A DNA stretch of 63,328 nucleotides, filler included, from Choristocarpus tenellus KU-1152 (Eukaryota; Protista; Phaeophyceae): assembly GCA_964200185.2 (NCBI GenBank). It is 9 parts of 9 records of this genome, joined end to end, with 100 filler letters (N's around TTAATTAATTAA, not from the genome) between each part and the next. Parts side by side here need not be neighbours in the genome. Positions count along the whole stretch, not along the records: positions 36,836 to 40,499 come from CAXNAD020018643.1; positions 40,600 to 47,553 come from CAXNAD020006983.1; positions 47,654 to 59,904 come from CAXNAD020001911.1; 6 more parts are not named here. One strand, 5' to 3'. Below, one piece after another: positions 36,836-48,718 of this stretch. The translations under genes were made by a program, and so were the position numbers. Position 1 is the stretch's first letter. Each line of letters starts with the position of its first letter. The notes beneath the pieces are model-generated. The model was not told where the DNA came from and did not search any database. It saw nothing but the letters and a program-made list of their open reading frames with translations.

Positions 36836-38376
36836 AAAACGGGGAGAATAAGATGGAAGAAGGAGGAGGGGTGGGGGGGGAGAGGGGGGGGGGGAGGGGG
36901 GGGGGGGTGCAGGTGAAGGGACAAGTAGAGAAGAAGAAAGAAGATTAGGATCAGAAACTGAAGAAGGAAATAAAGAAAGAGGTGGGGGGGGAAACAAAGA
37001 TGCGGATGGTAAGGAGGAAAGGAACCAGGAGGTTGAAGTATCATGTCATGGGCGTGGGACAGGCCTAGTTGTTTCAAATAGACCTGGTTGGGGCTACTTT
37101 CACAACCTGAGTCCCACAGATTGCTGGAAGCTAGACTCAGCAAAAATGGCAGAAAGGGACCCATCTGTGTACTTGGGGTATGATTCTGTGGCATTCGAGA
37201 TCGTGCTAGATCTGGGCTCACAAAGGCGTCAGAGGTGAGCTGGGGGAGGTTGGGGCGTGTGAACGCTTGTGAGTGAAAGTAATAGGGTTAGGGATATAGA
37301 GAGGCGGACCTGATAAGTTAAAGGGGCTTTTGCATAAGTGGTCGCTCATGTATATTGAGGTGTATTCCTGAATGGAAAACGCCTTGCCTCAATCAATCAT
37401 ACAAGATTGATATGTACTCTCCACCTCTCGAGATACTAATCTTCTCTTGACCCACATCTGAAATATTATTTGATTCATGCACCACGCATGAGATAAATCT
37501 CAACACATTCCATCCTCCTGAACATCACTTTCCCTCAAGCCAAACCCAAGCAAGCATCTCCAACCTCACTTCGCACATCCACCAATCAGCGCTCATCAAC
37601 CACTTGCTGATATCTCCACCCATTTCCATCACCCCTCAACAAGGTATAAAGGTGCTCTGGACAAACTTCGTGACGAGCAACTAAGACTTGTAGGCTTGAG
37701 AGAAGACAAAGACGACATGTGTGATTATGGTGAAAGCACCTGTGGTGATAGTGGGAAGAGAACCACCGCCCACCAAACAGTCGTTTCGTCATCTGACACC
37801 TTCCAGGGAGACACAACTGGGCAACTAGTGGCTATAGATGGGCGAAACTCTCCCCAGCCTACACTCTCCACCCGACCATTGGTGATCAATGTCCTGCCTT
37901 TTTGTCTGGCATCAGGGAGCTTCCCAATCAAAGAATTGGGCCCTCTTCTTTTTGATGTATGCCCCCGGGGTCCAGACCACCGTATTCTTGCTGGGCAATG
38001 GACTCCGAAAGATGATGGGATAGAAGAGGGAAGCTGGCACCAGGTACCTGACCTCACCAGAGTTGGGACTGGAAAACCATCCTGTGTCGGGATGGGAACT
38101 GAGGCAAGAGGTGGAGCGTTGACTGGGGCAAAGACTGGGGGACAAGGGACAGGGGGGAACGAGGTGTTGGAAACAGGGAGTGGTGGGGAGGCGAGGTCTG
38201 GAAGTAGGGGTACAGTACTTCGTTTTGTGTATGAAACTTCTGAGGGAGGTGGGCTGGATGTTAGGCTGAGGGGCGCCCCTGTTGGGGAGGAGGGTTTGCT
38301 CGATTCGGTTCCGAAAGACCTTCTTCCATTGGTAGACACACAGAAGGGGCAGGGGGGCCAGGAGAGGAACAGATAA
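36836..38376 (+). CDS. Last two exons of an uncharacterised gene, 5'-partial
   Basis: An open frame ...NRPGWGYFHNLSPTDCWKLDSAKMAERDPSVYLGY... ends at 37234 (AG|GTGAGC, phase 2). It resumes at 37644 (or 37590) with YKGALDKLRDEQLRLVG and runs to the stop at 38376. Confidence 0.65.
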
Positions 38377-38538
38377 GATGGGGACAAAGGATTCCATTTG
38401 TAATGGACCAACCAATGCAGGATATTGTTTATTCAGAGTGCATTGCACTTGAGTCCCTTTTTATCAAAAGTGCTCTAGCAATAGTTTGTGTAGTTCACTC
38501 GAACAAAAAATATGTAGTTGACCCCAACCGCAATCACA

Positions 38539-38560
38539 TCCCTAACCCTAACCCTAACCC
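38539..38560. repeat. Interstitial telomeric repeat (CCCTAA)3CCC
   Basis: CCCTAACCCTAACCCTAACCC seen directly. Confidence 0.9.
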
Positions 38561-40599
38561 TTAAGAATATATAAAACTGCTGATATACTGTAGATGTAAG
38601 TCATGAAACGGAAATGTATCAACTGACCTGATTCAAGTATTGGGTACAATGCTAGGAGTCGAGTGAAACCTAAGGTTGAGTTGCCTCAGTCCCTAAGTTT
38701 CACACAGGCAAGCAAGTGTTGCTCCTGTATTTCTTTCACTCATCTTGACTATTATGGACTATGTGTTGACCTGCCATGGTGCGGCCTTGCCAGACTTAAC
38801 CAGCAAATGGTTTGACTCATGACAATTCAAATCACAAAATGCACTTGCTGGACCCCTGAAGGGAGGGTGGGTTGAGCAGGAGAAGGCAATTAAAAAAAAA
38901 CCATGTATTTACGTATTTACGCTTGAGACAAATGCCATAGTCCTTGGACAATTTGGGTGTGCTTGGCACAAATTCTCAACACAGACCTGCGTCATCAGAC
39001 ATCAAAAGAGGCACTTGAAATGACCTTTCAACCAGACATGGTCTTCACGAAAAAAAAAAAAAAAAAAATTGTCCTGCCTCAGAATTGGACACAATTTCAG
39101 ACATGGTCTTCCCTTTCACCGCCACTGGGATCAGTCCTTAGACAGTAGGTTGCAGGATTTAATTTATGGTAGTTTAAACGGCACTGTCGTGTATTGCATG
39201 GCATGAGGGATCGTCCAAGTCAGTCTTGTTCACGACAAATAGAATGATAACAAATAGTGGTAGTGTTGTGACACACCATTATACTTCACACAGTTTCCCT
39301 TCAAAATGTGGCAGGGGAGTAAACACGTAAATAATTTTTTCAAAATCGATACACGGTAAATAATTATTTTTTTATTTTTCCCAAGGTGCATCTGGTTGTG
39401 CAAGGTGTGTTGAGCTCACACGCTGACCAAGACGTGGTGCTCTCATGGATTCTATGACACACACCCTAACCCCATAGTGCTACTGTTCGAAAATCTCCAG
39501 ACGAGGTTCAATAATTGCATTCAAAATAACAGCACTGTAGTTTAAAAAAAATCTTCATTAACGTGAGATGCGTACCGATCTTCTATGCATATTACGGACT
39601 ACTGTCAGAGGAAACTTTGTTGATATTCATTGAACACAGGCGGCCCATCACTTCAAAGTATTTCCATATAGGGGGGCTGGGCTGTCCTCCTTGCCATGGT
39701 TTGCAATGCCACCAACAACTCGTTACTACGTCAAAATAGGGTACAACTTCACCTACTCCTGGACTCATACGTCTTATCACCATCAATGAGGGTTTTCAGG
39801 GCAACGATCTCAAAAACTCTATCCAGAAAGAATCAAAATTAAAAAAAGAAAAAGAAAAATAGGACATTCAGGCAAAAATGAAAGAAATAGGAGAGATCAC
39901 AATGAAAGGAACAACGGAACGGTTGTTCCTTTTCAGGCCGTGGCACCTGGGTGTGGTTGTACCCAACACGCCAGTGTCTACTTGACATTTATCCCATTAT
40001 CTTGATGCGTCCATTCTGGGGGAGTGAATAAAATCACTCACGACTGGGCAAAAATTTGAGAATCAACCAAAATGTTCCAACTCTTGGAAGCACCTCGCAT
40101 TCGTCAGCTCTGACAAGCGCACAAGAGATGACCGGAGAGGATCAAGATAAAGGTTAAAAGGTAGCTGACTTGACCTCCAAGTGGAAAAAAATGAACACAA
40201 GTCAGCTAACCCTGTAACCCTAACCCTACCATAATACTTGGCAATCTTCATCGTTTACCAATACTGCTACTTCAATCTGCCAGGGCTTGGACCAAGACAC
40301 ACCATACCTCTCCCATGACATACCTACAATAGACTACCTCAAGACCACGCCTTCTAACACCTCATGCCAAAGTAAAAAAAAAGGCGCTCATCAAGGCCAG
40401 AGCTCCCTCTGGCGATAGATCCACAGCATCTTAGAGGGGGGCGGGGGGAGGGGGGGGGGGTTAGGCCGGGGTGTCTATTTTTGGGGTTTCTGGAGCCTTN
40501 NNNNNNNNNNNNNNNNNNNNNNNNNNNNNNNNNNNNNNNNNNNTTAATTAATTAANNNNNNNNNNNNNNNNNNNNNNNNNNNNNNNNNNNNNNNNNNNN

Positions 40600-40717
40600 C
40601 CGAAACATAAATACTGACACTTCCTAACAAACATGATAGCCAAAATTTCATCAAAATCACAACGTTGTATTTTGACCCCCCAATGGACGCAACTCTACCC
40701 TCTAAGATAATTTGCTC
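40600..40717. mobile_element. MITE (TAGAGGGTAC subfamily), half copy at a contig start
   Basis: Aligns with 42157-42273 and ends CTACCCTCTAAGATAATTTGCTC. Confidence 0.85.
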
Positions 40718-41023
40718 ATATGTGACATTCGTCTGAAACTAAAGCTTACCTAAACGCTTACCTGACTGGGGCCGACCATGACCTATCTGTTGGGCACAGT
40801 AGACTGACGGGCCATTACAGGAGTTGTTGCCTGTGAGTAAATTCTGAGTTCAACTCGAAAATGTTAGCCTTTCTCTAACACTCCTTCCCCTACTTTTTTT
40901 TCCCTTATCTGCAAGGTTGCCCCAATTTACATCCACATCCTCAATCATGCCCAGAGTCCCAGCCCTAGCTAACCCTGATTCACTTCTTCAAAACCCCAAA
41001 CTCCAACATATTATCATTTCAAG

Positions 41024-43608
41024 GGATTGAAATACGAGGTGATGCCAACAAAATCCGTCTAAATACTGTCAGAGGGGTAGCAGGGGCAGGCCTCAGCCTT
41101 GGGGGCCACGTGGATTGCCACCATACATATGGTGTATTCAATCAGGTCTGCACAATGGAGCCAACAAATGCAAGCGCAATCAATGCTTTATTGTCCTAGA
41201 AGTTGCCTCCAAAATTGCTTCCGAAAGCACTTAACTGCCAAGGGGTGATGTGATCTCCAAGTACAAGGTGAATCCATGTCCGTTGCTGATACTTGCACAT
41301 ACAGTTGAGAAAAAAATAAAATTGATATGTGAGCCAGGCGCACCACCCCTGGACATTTCTAGATTGATAGAGGTACGACCAAGGGGATGAAGGGAAGTTG
41401 CAGAACAATGAATGTATCTCCTTAGTGAAAACTGATATCTTGCCCATTCCATTGATGTGAATCATGCTTTTTGAATCTCCTGAAAACTTTGTGATAGCTC
41501 ACACCAAACTGTTTCAATTCAACCACATGAATGTTAGGTGTCCTCCAACATCCTCAAGGGCAATGATGGAGGTGCTCTGCTTGAGGGTTCACTGCTTTCT
41601 GAGCAGGGTCCCATGTGCGAAAACATTGGGGGGGAAGGTGATGATCTAGGAGAAGCCGGGGAACCATGCCATGTAGAGGTATGGTTGATGGATGCATTCT
41701 CATGTGTGTATGTCCACACGCATGGATATGTGTTGATAAATTGCTTCAAATTTACCCTAGTTTGGGGTTTCAACTCATATTGTCAAGATTTACAAGAATG
41801 GATCGCCAAGCACCTAGCCAACCTATCTTAGAGGGGAGCATCATTGGCTATTTTAGACTCCTCTACTGCTCTTCAAGAACATGTGTTTCTAGCACACTAG
41901 ATGAGGGTGATTGAACATTCGACTCTTATTCTATTTCCATGACCAGCTCCTAAGGAGGTCAAGCTGAATTTCAGGCATGGGGAATGGATTGTCAAAAAGG
42001 AAAGTCAAGAAACTAGTGAATAATATCTTAGAGGGTACGAATTTTTCCCTATTTGTCCATTTGGGGCTTGGCTTCCCACGGGGTTTTTAATGACATTTTC
42101 CTACTCCGAAATGTTTAGGAGTAGGTAAAATGTATAGGTTATGAAAAGGTGTATTTGAAACAAGGATATTGACACTTCATAAAAAATACATTAGCCAAAT
42201 TTAGATCAAAATCGCAACATTGGATTTTGGTCCCCAAAAGGACGCGGCTCTACCCTCTAAGATACTTTGACTCAACTCTAAACACTCAAAAAGGGCAACA
42301 AAAACAGCCTACTCTAAGATAGGATCACTCTCTCAACATTGCTGTTATCATAACATTGTGGGGGGCCAAGATCTAATTTTACTCTGCAAGCCTCTGGCAA
42401 CAGATCCGTTCCTCTTGCGACCTCACTACAAGTCAGTATAGACATGTCGCCATGCCAACTCCCTCATCACGTAAATCAAGGCCATGGTGGAGAGTGAAAT
42501 GGACCTACCCAATGAGGAGAGCGAGGAGGGTGGAGGCAAAAACGAGGACATGTGTCAAGTCATCCACTTATCTGAAGACGATGTCACCTCCAGCGAATCA
42601 GATCCTAGTGACCCTGGAACCAAGTCTGGAGTGGTCCTGAATGGAAACACAAACTCATTCTGGTCTCGTTATGGTGAGGAACAGTGGATTGAATTCAACC
42701 TCGAGGGTACCGCAGATGAGGTGTCTGTGAAAGGGGTGGAGATCCAGTTCTTCCACGGTGACGAACGAGTTCAATATTTTCAGGTGTGTTCTTGGAGGCT
42801 AGCATTGCAAAAGCTCCTTCCTGACAGCCATGAACAATTTGCTCTCACATATGTAGCAAGTCTGAAAGGAAATATGACATAGTGGATATATTCAAAGCAA
42901 GAGAACGTTTTTCTTTTTATGCCAGGCATGGGCATGCACACAAAACTCACACTGGTGTGCCCCACATGAGCCCCCTCCATGCACAGTTATATCTATGTGT
43001 ACCTAGGAGAGATTTCGAGTTTGACATACCTACTGCCTCTGTAGCAGGTGGACATTAATGTTGGTAACATCCATGGTGTGCTCATCCCATAGGTGCTCCA
43101 AAGGGTGATACCTTGACTACCCCATAACACCAAAACCTCACGCACCATTCCGAGGTTCCTAGATGGACCAGTCACCAAAACGTTTCTTGGGACTGTAGGC
43201 AAGAGGTCTATAGATTACATGCATGGGTCTTTCAAGAAACCAGCGAAAGTTTACATGAAGTGCTGTCCCCAATGCTTCAATTGCCTCTTCACTCTCTACT
43301 AGCTCCCTGTCAAAACTTTCATGTTTGCTTCACCTACCCATTATTTTATCTTGCCGGCTCTATTCCGCCATTGACTACAACACCTCCACCACCAGATCGT
43401 TGCAGATGGAAAGATTGTGTACCCGGAGGGAAGGAGCTCTGGAACCTCGAATGGAATGCAGCTGTTTCTGTTCAAGAAGCACAAGCCCGTGGTGGCGAAG
43501 AGGATTCGCATTGTGGGCTACGGAAACAAGGCAAACTCTGAAAGCACATTCAGTCTCTGGAACAGCATTGTGAATGTGAACATTTGCAGTGGGACTGACG
43601 CTGTATGA
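41024..43608 (+). CDS. Right-handed beta-helix (pectin-lyase-like fold) protein with a C-terminal F5/8 type C (discoidin/CBM32-like) module, 5'-partial, 4 exons
   Basis: Exons 41024-41145 (GIEIRGDANKIRLNTVRGVAGAGLSLGG...YGVFNQ), 41538-41678 (VSSNILKGND...QGPMCEN), 42481-42783 (NGNTNSFWSRYGEEQWIEFNL...VEIQFFHGDERVQYF) and 43396-43608 (SSGTSNGMQLF...AKRIRIVGYGN...WNSIVNVNI, stop). Phases are consistent. Confidence 0.8.
42015..42273. mobile_element. 259-bp MITE (TAGAGGGTAC subfamily) in an intron, probable TSD AACT
   Basis: AACT|AGTGAATAATATCTTAGAGGGTAC ... CTACCCTCTAAGATACTTTGACTC|AACT. Confidence 0.88.
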
Positions 43609-45805
43609 GTTTCCTGACCGATATAGACATGCCTGCAATATTCATGAAGGAAAAGGGGGTCTGCCTGATTGGCATGGAGGATGCTGCTTGATTAATTCAT
43701 TGCATGCATGACATCCATTCTCAAATCCTCTCATGGTCATCATCTCATCAATATCTTTTCTTCATGAGGTTGATTGCGGGGGAGTTAACCTCGATGTGTG
43801 CATTGATGCTACACTATTTCCAAGAAAAGGGATATCTATGTTGCCTTTGTGCAAGCAGCTCAGTAGTTGTTTTTTGGGGTTCACTCCTTTTGCACATCCT
43901 TGAGAAAACTATTAGAAGTAGTGAGGGGAATTCTGAGGGTACAAACTCAAAAGTAATTTGACCTCATCGGCATGTGGAGACTTCTTGCTGAGAGAGATGT
44001 ACAGGAGAAGGCATCTACTCCGAGGACCTCATTAAGATGAAGGTACTCACTCTGTGATCAACAAGCTCGGGCATTCAACACAGTGGAGCAAGGGTGTACT
44101 GCACAGTATATAGTATAACCACCATGATCACAAACGTGTTGGGATACAGATTGACTGAACACTTACTTCTGATGGATGCTTGTGAGTGGTTGGATGACCC
44201 TCTTTGATCGTCATGGTCCTTGATGCTGGTGCCGATGTCTACCTGGGTAGGAGTGATTGGATCCTTTCTTTTGCTGTATTGAATTAATTTCTAGTGCTTC
44301 TTCTTTTTTGCACTCCTTTTTTCTATGTTTTCTTCATTCTTGTTTTTTTTTGTTTCTCTGCTCTCCTTTGTGATACCCCTAGTCATGGGTCTGAGAATAC
44401 TGAACGAATTTGAATATATCGTTCACAGATCAAATGCTTTTGGGGAGGTTTTTAGAGGTGGCCGTGCTTTAAGGTATGGCAGCGCTGGGGGGACGCATGG
44501 TGTGTTTCCCACCACAATGCACAGCAGTAGTCTTAACTTGTTCGAAAACGTTGCCCCACAACCCAGACATGTCGTAAGGATCCAATGATCTCCAACATAT
44601 ATTTCAAGGTCACATAAATCACGTCTTGTATTGTCAAGTTCTAAACAACACGCTTCTGTGTGTTAGTGTCAATCTGAGCCAAACTTCATTGCTCTATGTG
44701 CACAAGGGGGTTCCACAAAATTGTTATTACACCTTTCCTCACACAAAGGGATACAACAATTCAGCAAAGGATCTTTCTACAAATAGTACAAAATGACTTC
44801 TCTTTGCTCTTTCTCAGAATCCTTCAAATGCAACCCTCTGCCTATCTCTCAGTTAATTTGACTCTCTACACTGGAGAGGGTTAGTTATTCGTCTTGTCTT
44901 CTGGACTCACTGATGATGCATCATGTATCCTACTCTGTTCTGTTCTGTCACAAACGTGATTGACCTGTTAAAATAGGGAGGTCGGGTGAGTAGGAAAAGA
45001 CTACTCAGTCTACTCTACTAGTCTCCATAACGTCTCTCAGCTTTCTTAACAATTTCTTTGTGCACTTCTCACTCACAAAACTCACAACTGACATATACAC
45101 AGCAGTGTACTTGTACCTGGAGTCTGATACCGTAATCTCACATATCTGTATGTATTATTTTTCCACCTCGCTCGTTTGCTTTGCTATCATTACACAATAT
45201 TACCCACTTCTTGCCAATCCTTGTAGTATCTACTTGAATCGTGGTTATCTTTCTTGCAAAATAACTTCACTGTTCAATAATTACAAGTCAGTCAGGAGTA
45301 GTTATTTTGAAGACTTCTTACTGAATATACATATTATTAACTCTGACAAGAGGAGGGCAATTTCGATAAGTTGACAAAAACCCTGAAGCAAGTCCAATCC
45401 TGATCTGTTCTTGTGACGGGGTGTGTGATGCTAGGTTAGGGCAGGTTTCAGATTTCAAGGCCAACCATTGTTATGATGGTACAAAATGAATGCAAGAAGA
45501 GAGGTTGGCGAGGTTATTAGTGGGGGAGCCCTTGTCTGCCTGTTTTTTTTATCGGATCATATTTATCTGCTACAACTCTCTAGTACTATGATTAGCACCA
45601 GCTCAGAAAAGTTTTTTTAGTGAGTAGGCATAATGATCTGCCTCGGGCTCAGATTTTTTAGGTTGTGTAAAACACTATAATTTCGGTGAGTGTGACAGAT
45701 TTTCACGTTACTAAAAAACCTAAAACAAGGATCTATTTTAGAACAACCAACCACGACTGGTGCAACGCTAGAAAAAAACATTTTCCAAGTGGTAACGGTT
45801 GAAGT

Positions 45806-45868
45806 CTGACGTGTGAATAGTTTCATTGTTTTTTCCTCTGACACATCTGCAAAATGTCAGAGGGCATG
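45806..45868 (+). mobile_element. Orphan 3' terminus of the RLE non-LTR family
   Basis: CTGACGTGTGAATAGTTTCATTGTTTTTTCCTCTGACACATCTGCAAAATGTCAGAGGGCAT is nearly identical to the reverse complement of 46807-46867. Confidence 0.85.
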
Positions 45869-45929
45869 AACATGTAAATAGAGATGGGTGTCAGTATGTC
45901 CTGGCAAGTCGTGTTAGCCTATCAGATAT

Positions 45930-46626
45930 ATGCATCCCTTGCACTATGGAGGACGGCAGCCCCTTCACAGTTGACTGGAATCTCCGCATGGATCTAGTCT
46001 TTCAAGCAGGGGCACTGGCGGACGCTGGAACAGCCCCCTACCAGGACAAAGGTCTTCTACCAGATGTCGCATTCGCAGAAGTACAGGCAACCTCCCATCG
46101 CACACACTCATCCACCAGTAATGGTGCAGCTGTTGCTGCAGCTGAGGCGCGAAAGCACACCCACTACGAGGGCTCTTTTGATCCTCGTAGTTTTAACCTC
46201 AACACCTTCGCGGTGGAAAGTTTTGGGCGCCTTGGCAAGCAAGTGGAATGTTTCCTAGATGAGCTGGCTACTCACATGGTAGGAGGGAGAGGAACGGGAG
46301 GATATAGGAGGAAAGGGGTGGTCAAATCGCGGCTACGCCAAATTGTCTCAGTAACTACGCAAGTGGCATTGTCTAGACGTGTCATGCGTTTTAAGCTGGA
46401 GTCACCAGGGAGATGGGCACGGAGGAGTTTGTTGCATTCTTGGAATGCCTCCCTAGCTTCTCCCCCGGGGGTGCCGAACTAGGTAGATGGGAGGCACAGG
46501 AAGGCAGTAGTATAACATAGATAGTGGTGAAGTAACAAATTAGTGTTTTTCGCATTTATTACATTTTATTTCTTTGGGGTTTGTACTGACACGTGTATAG
46601 TTTTTATTTCTTTCCCCCATGACATC
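45930..46626 (+). mobile_element. 5'-truncated non-LTR retrotransposon: restriction-like endonuclease (RLE) domain plus 3' UTR
   Basis: LRMDLV...LLPDV...AAAEARKHTHY...FAVESFGRLG fits the R(P)D...D...E..K..Y...AVE..G..G layout of the RLE domain of CRE/R2-type LINEs. Stop at 46482; the UTR breaks off inside the terminal stem-loop. Confidence 0.85.
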
Positions 46627-46798
46627 ATCAGTATATGCCCTAAAGAAATATTGATGGTACTGAAATGTCTAGGAGGACCTACAGTTCATGAGGAACCAGT
46701 TGGCGACCACTCTCAACTCTCGTTCTTGATGGGGGAGGATATCCTTTTAGCGAGTGTACACATCGTCATATTCTTAATGACACTACTAATTTTATATA

Positions 46799-47553
46799 AT
46801 ATTATTATGCCCTCTGACATTTTGCAGATGTGTCAGGGGGAAAACAATGAAACTATACATATGTCAGTATAAGCCCTAAAGAAATAAAATATCATAAATT
46901 TGAAAAACACTATAAAACATTGAAAGTGTGAAGAGCACTATCTATTTGTTACTTCACCACTATCAATATTGTACTACTGCACTTCCCATCTACCTACTCC
47001 TGCGCCCCGGGGGGGGAGCTAGGGAGGCATCGCAAGAATCTAATAAACCCCTCCGTGCCCATCTCCCTGGTGACTCTAGTTTAAAGCACATGACACGTCT
47101 AGACAATGCCACTTGTGTAGTCACCAAGACAATTTGGCGTAGCCGCGATTTGACTATTCCTTTCCTGCAATATCCTCCCGCTCCTCTCCCTCCTACCATG
47201 TGAGTAGCCAGCTCATCCAGGAAACATTCCGCTTGCTTGCCGAGGCGCCCAAAAATTTCCACCGCAAAGGTGTTGAGGTTACAACTACGAGGACCAAAGG
47301 AGTCCTCGTAGTGGGTGCGCTTTCGCGCCTCGGCTGCAGCAGCAGTTACACCATTATTGCTGGTGGATGAGTGAGTTAGGTGGGAGGTTGCCTGTACCTC
47401 TGCCAAGGTGACGTCTAGAAGAAGACCTTTGCCCCTTTAGGGAGCTGTTCCGGCGTCCGCTAGTGCCCCTGCGTGGAACTCCAGATCCATGCGGAGATTC
47501 CTGTCCACTGTGAAGGGGCTACCGTCCTCTGTAGTGCAAGGGATGCCCATCCC
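46799..47553 (-). mobile_element. Second RLE non-LTR copy, inverted relative to 45930-46626, with an intact 3' end
   Basis: Same RLE protein with an in-frame TAA near 47437, followed by the 3' UTR, stem-loop and ATAATAAT tail. The 5' side runs into the gap. Confidence 0.88.
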
Positions 47554-48718
47554 NNNNNNNNNNNNNNNNNNNNNNNNNNNNNNNNNNNNNNNNNNNNTTA
47601 ATTAATTAANNNNNNNNNNNNNNNNNNNNNNNNNNNNNNNNNNNNNNNNNNNNGGGGGGGGGAGGCCTTGGCCATATCCAGTTGGGGTGCGGGACGGAGG
47701 ATCTTGTTGCAACTGAAAAGGCAACCATAGCACCCTACCACCACTCACTACACACAAGAAAAACCACCACCCTCACAAATAACAAATCACAAGACACAAA
47801 CAATGACACGGTTATACAGGGGGGGTGTCCTTACCTATGTTGCACGCCTTCCAATAAACAAACATAACATCATACCAACGACCAAATCAACCCCCCCCAA
47901 CCCCCAACCCTTCTATTTTTTGCCAGCTTCTATGCGACTAATCTTTGGCATCATGATATATCTTACTTTGCAGCTCTTTGCAACACGAGGTCACCAGATC
48001 AGGCAACCAGTGTTACCCTTTTAGTACCCCCTCCAACCATTGGTGGAGCTAGATGAACAGACACAAGCTGATGTTCATTGCTGAGAGAGACAGACCATGG
48101 TTCACAAAGGACTGAAACAACTCCCCATAGCATCAAGGTGAATCAAGCAGTCAGAGACAGAAAATCTGGCCCTAACCTCATGGTCCACTTTTTCCCACAA
48201 AATACCCTCATCAATAGCAACATACTTGATCTAGAGCCACACAAACCAGCTCCATCACCTGACAGTCCCTGCCCCTCATTGCCCAAAACCCGATATTGGT
48301 TACTACATTTCCACCTCCTCCTTTTGCAGAAGCTCCCCCACCCCACTGATCCGTGCATATAAACATACACTCCAAGTACAGCAGCTGTGCATCTCATGCC
48401 AAGACTTTCTGTCCACAGAGATAGTACAGCACTGTTCAACAGCATCCCCCCAACCTCCTGACCTTGCAATGAAGGGACTTATGTTCCTAGTCCTTGTCTT
48501 TTCGTTCCTTACTCCTTGATCTCTTTCGTTTCGATGTCCATCTCCCATATATGTACATTCACTCTTCACAAACGATTGTCCTGGAGAGTGTCCGCATGGA
48601 TAAAGGAGTCACACGCCTACCACTCCCTCCTGCCCCAATCCCATTCACCTCAAACTTGGCCCCTTTACCTCAAGCCTTAGCAAGGCAGAGGCAACTCGGC
48701 TGTTCAAAGACGCAGCAG

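Noticed and set aside
37725-38448. Long minus-strand ORFs (228 and 178 aa)
   Set aside because: Pro/Ser-rich shadows of the plus-strand exon, which has compatible splice sites.
38885-39383. Weak inverted similarity (TATTTACGTATTTACGC versus GAGTAAACACGTAAATA) suggesting a non-autonomous DNA transposon
   Set aside because: The arms are short and AT-rich with no clear termini or TSD.
45817-46856. Inverted repeats of about 50 bp flanking the RLE ORF, suggesting a TIR element carrying a nuclease
   Set aside because: Both arms are the 3' termini of separate, oppositely oriented LINE copies; the same terminus recurs at about 11900, 12112 and 12681.
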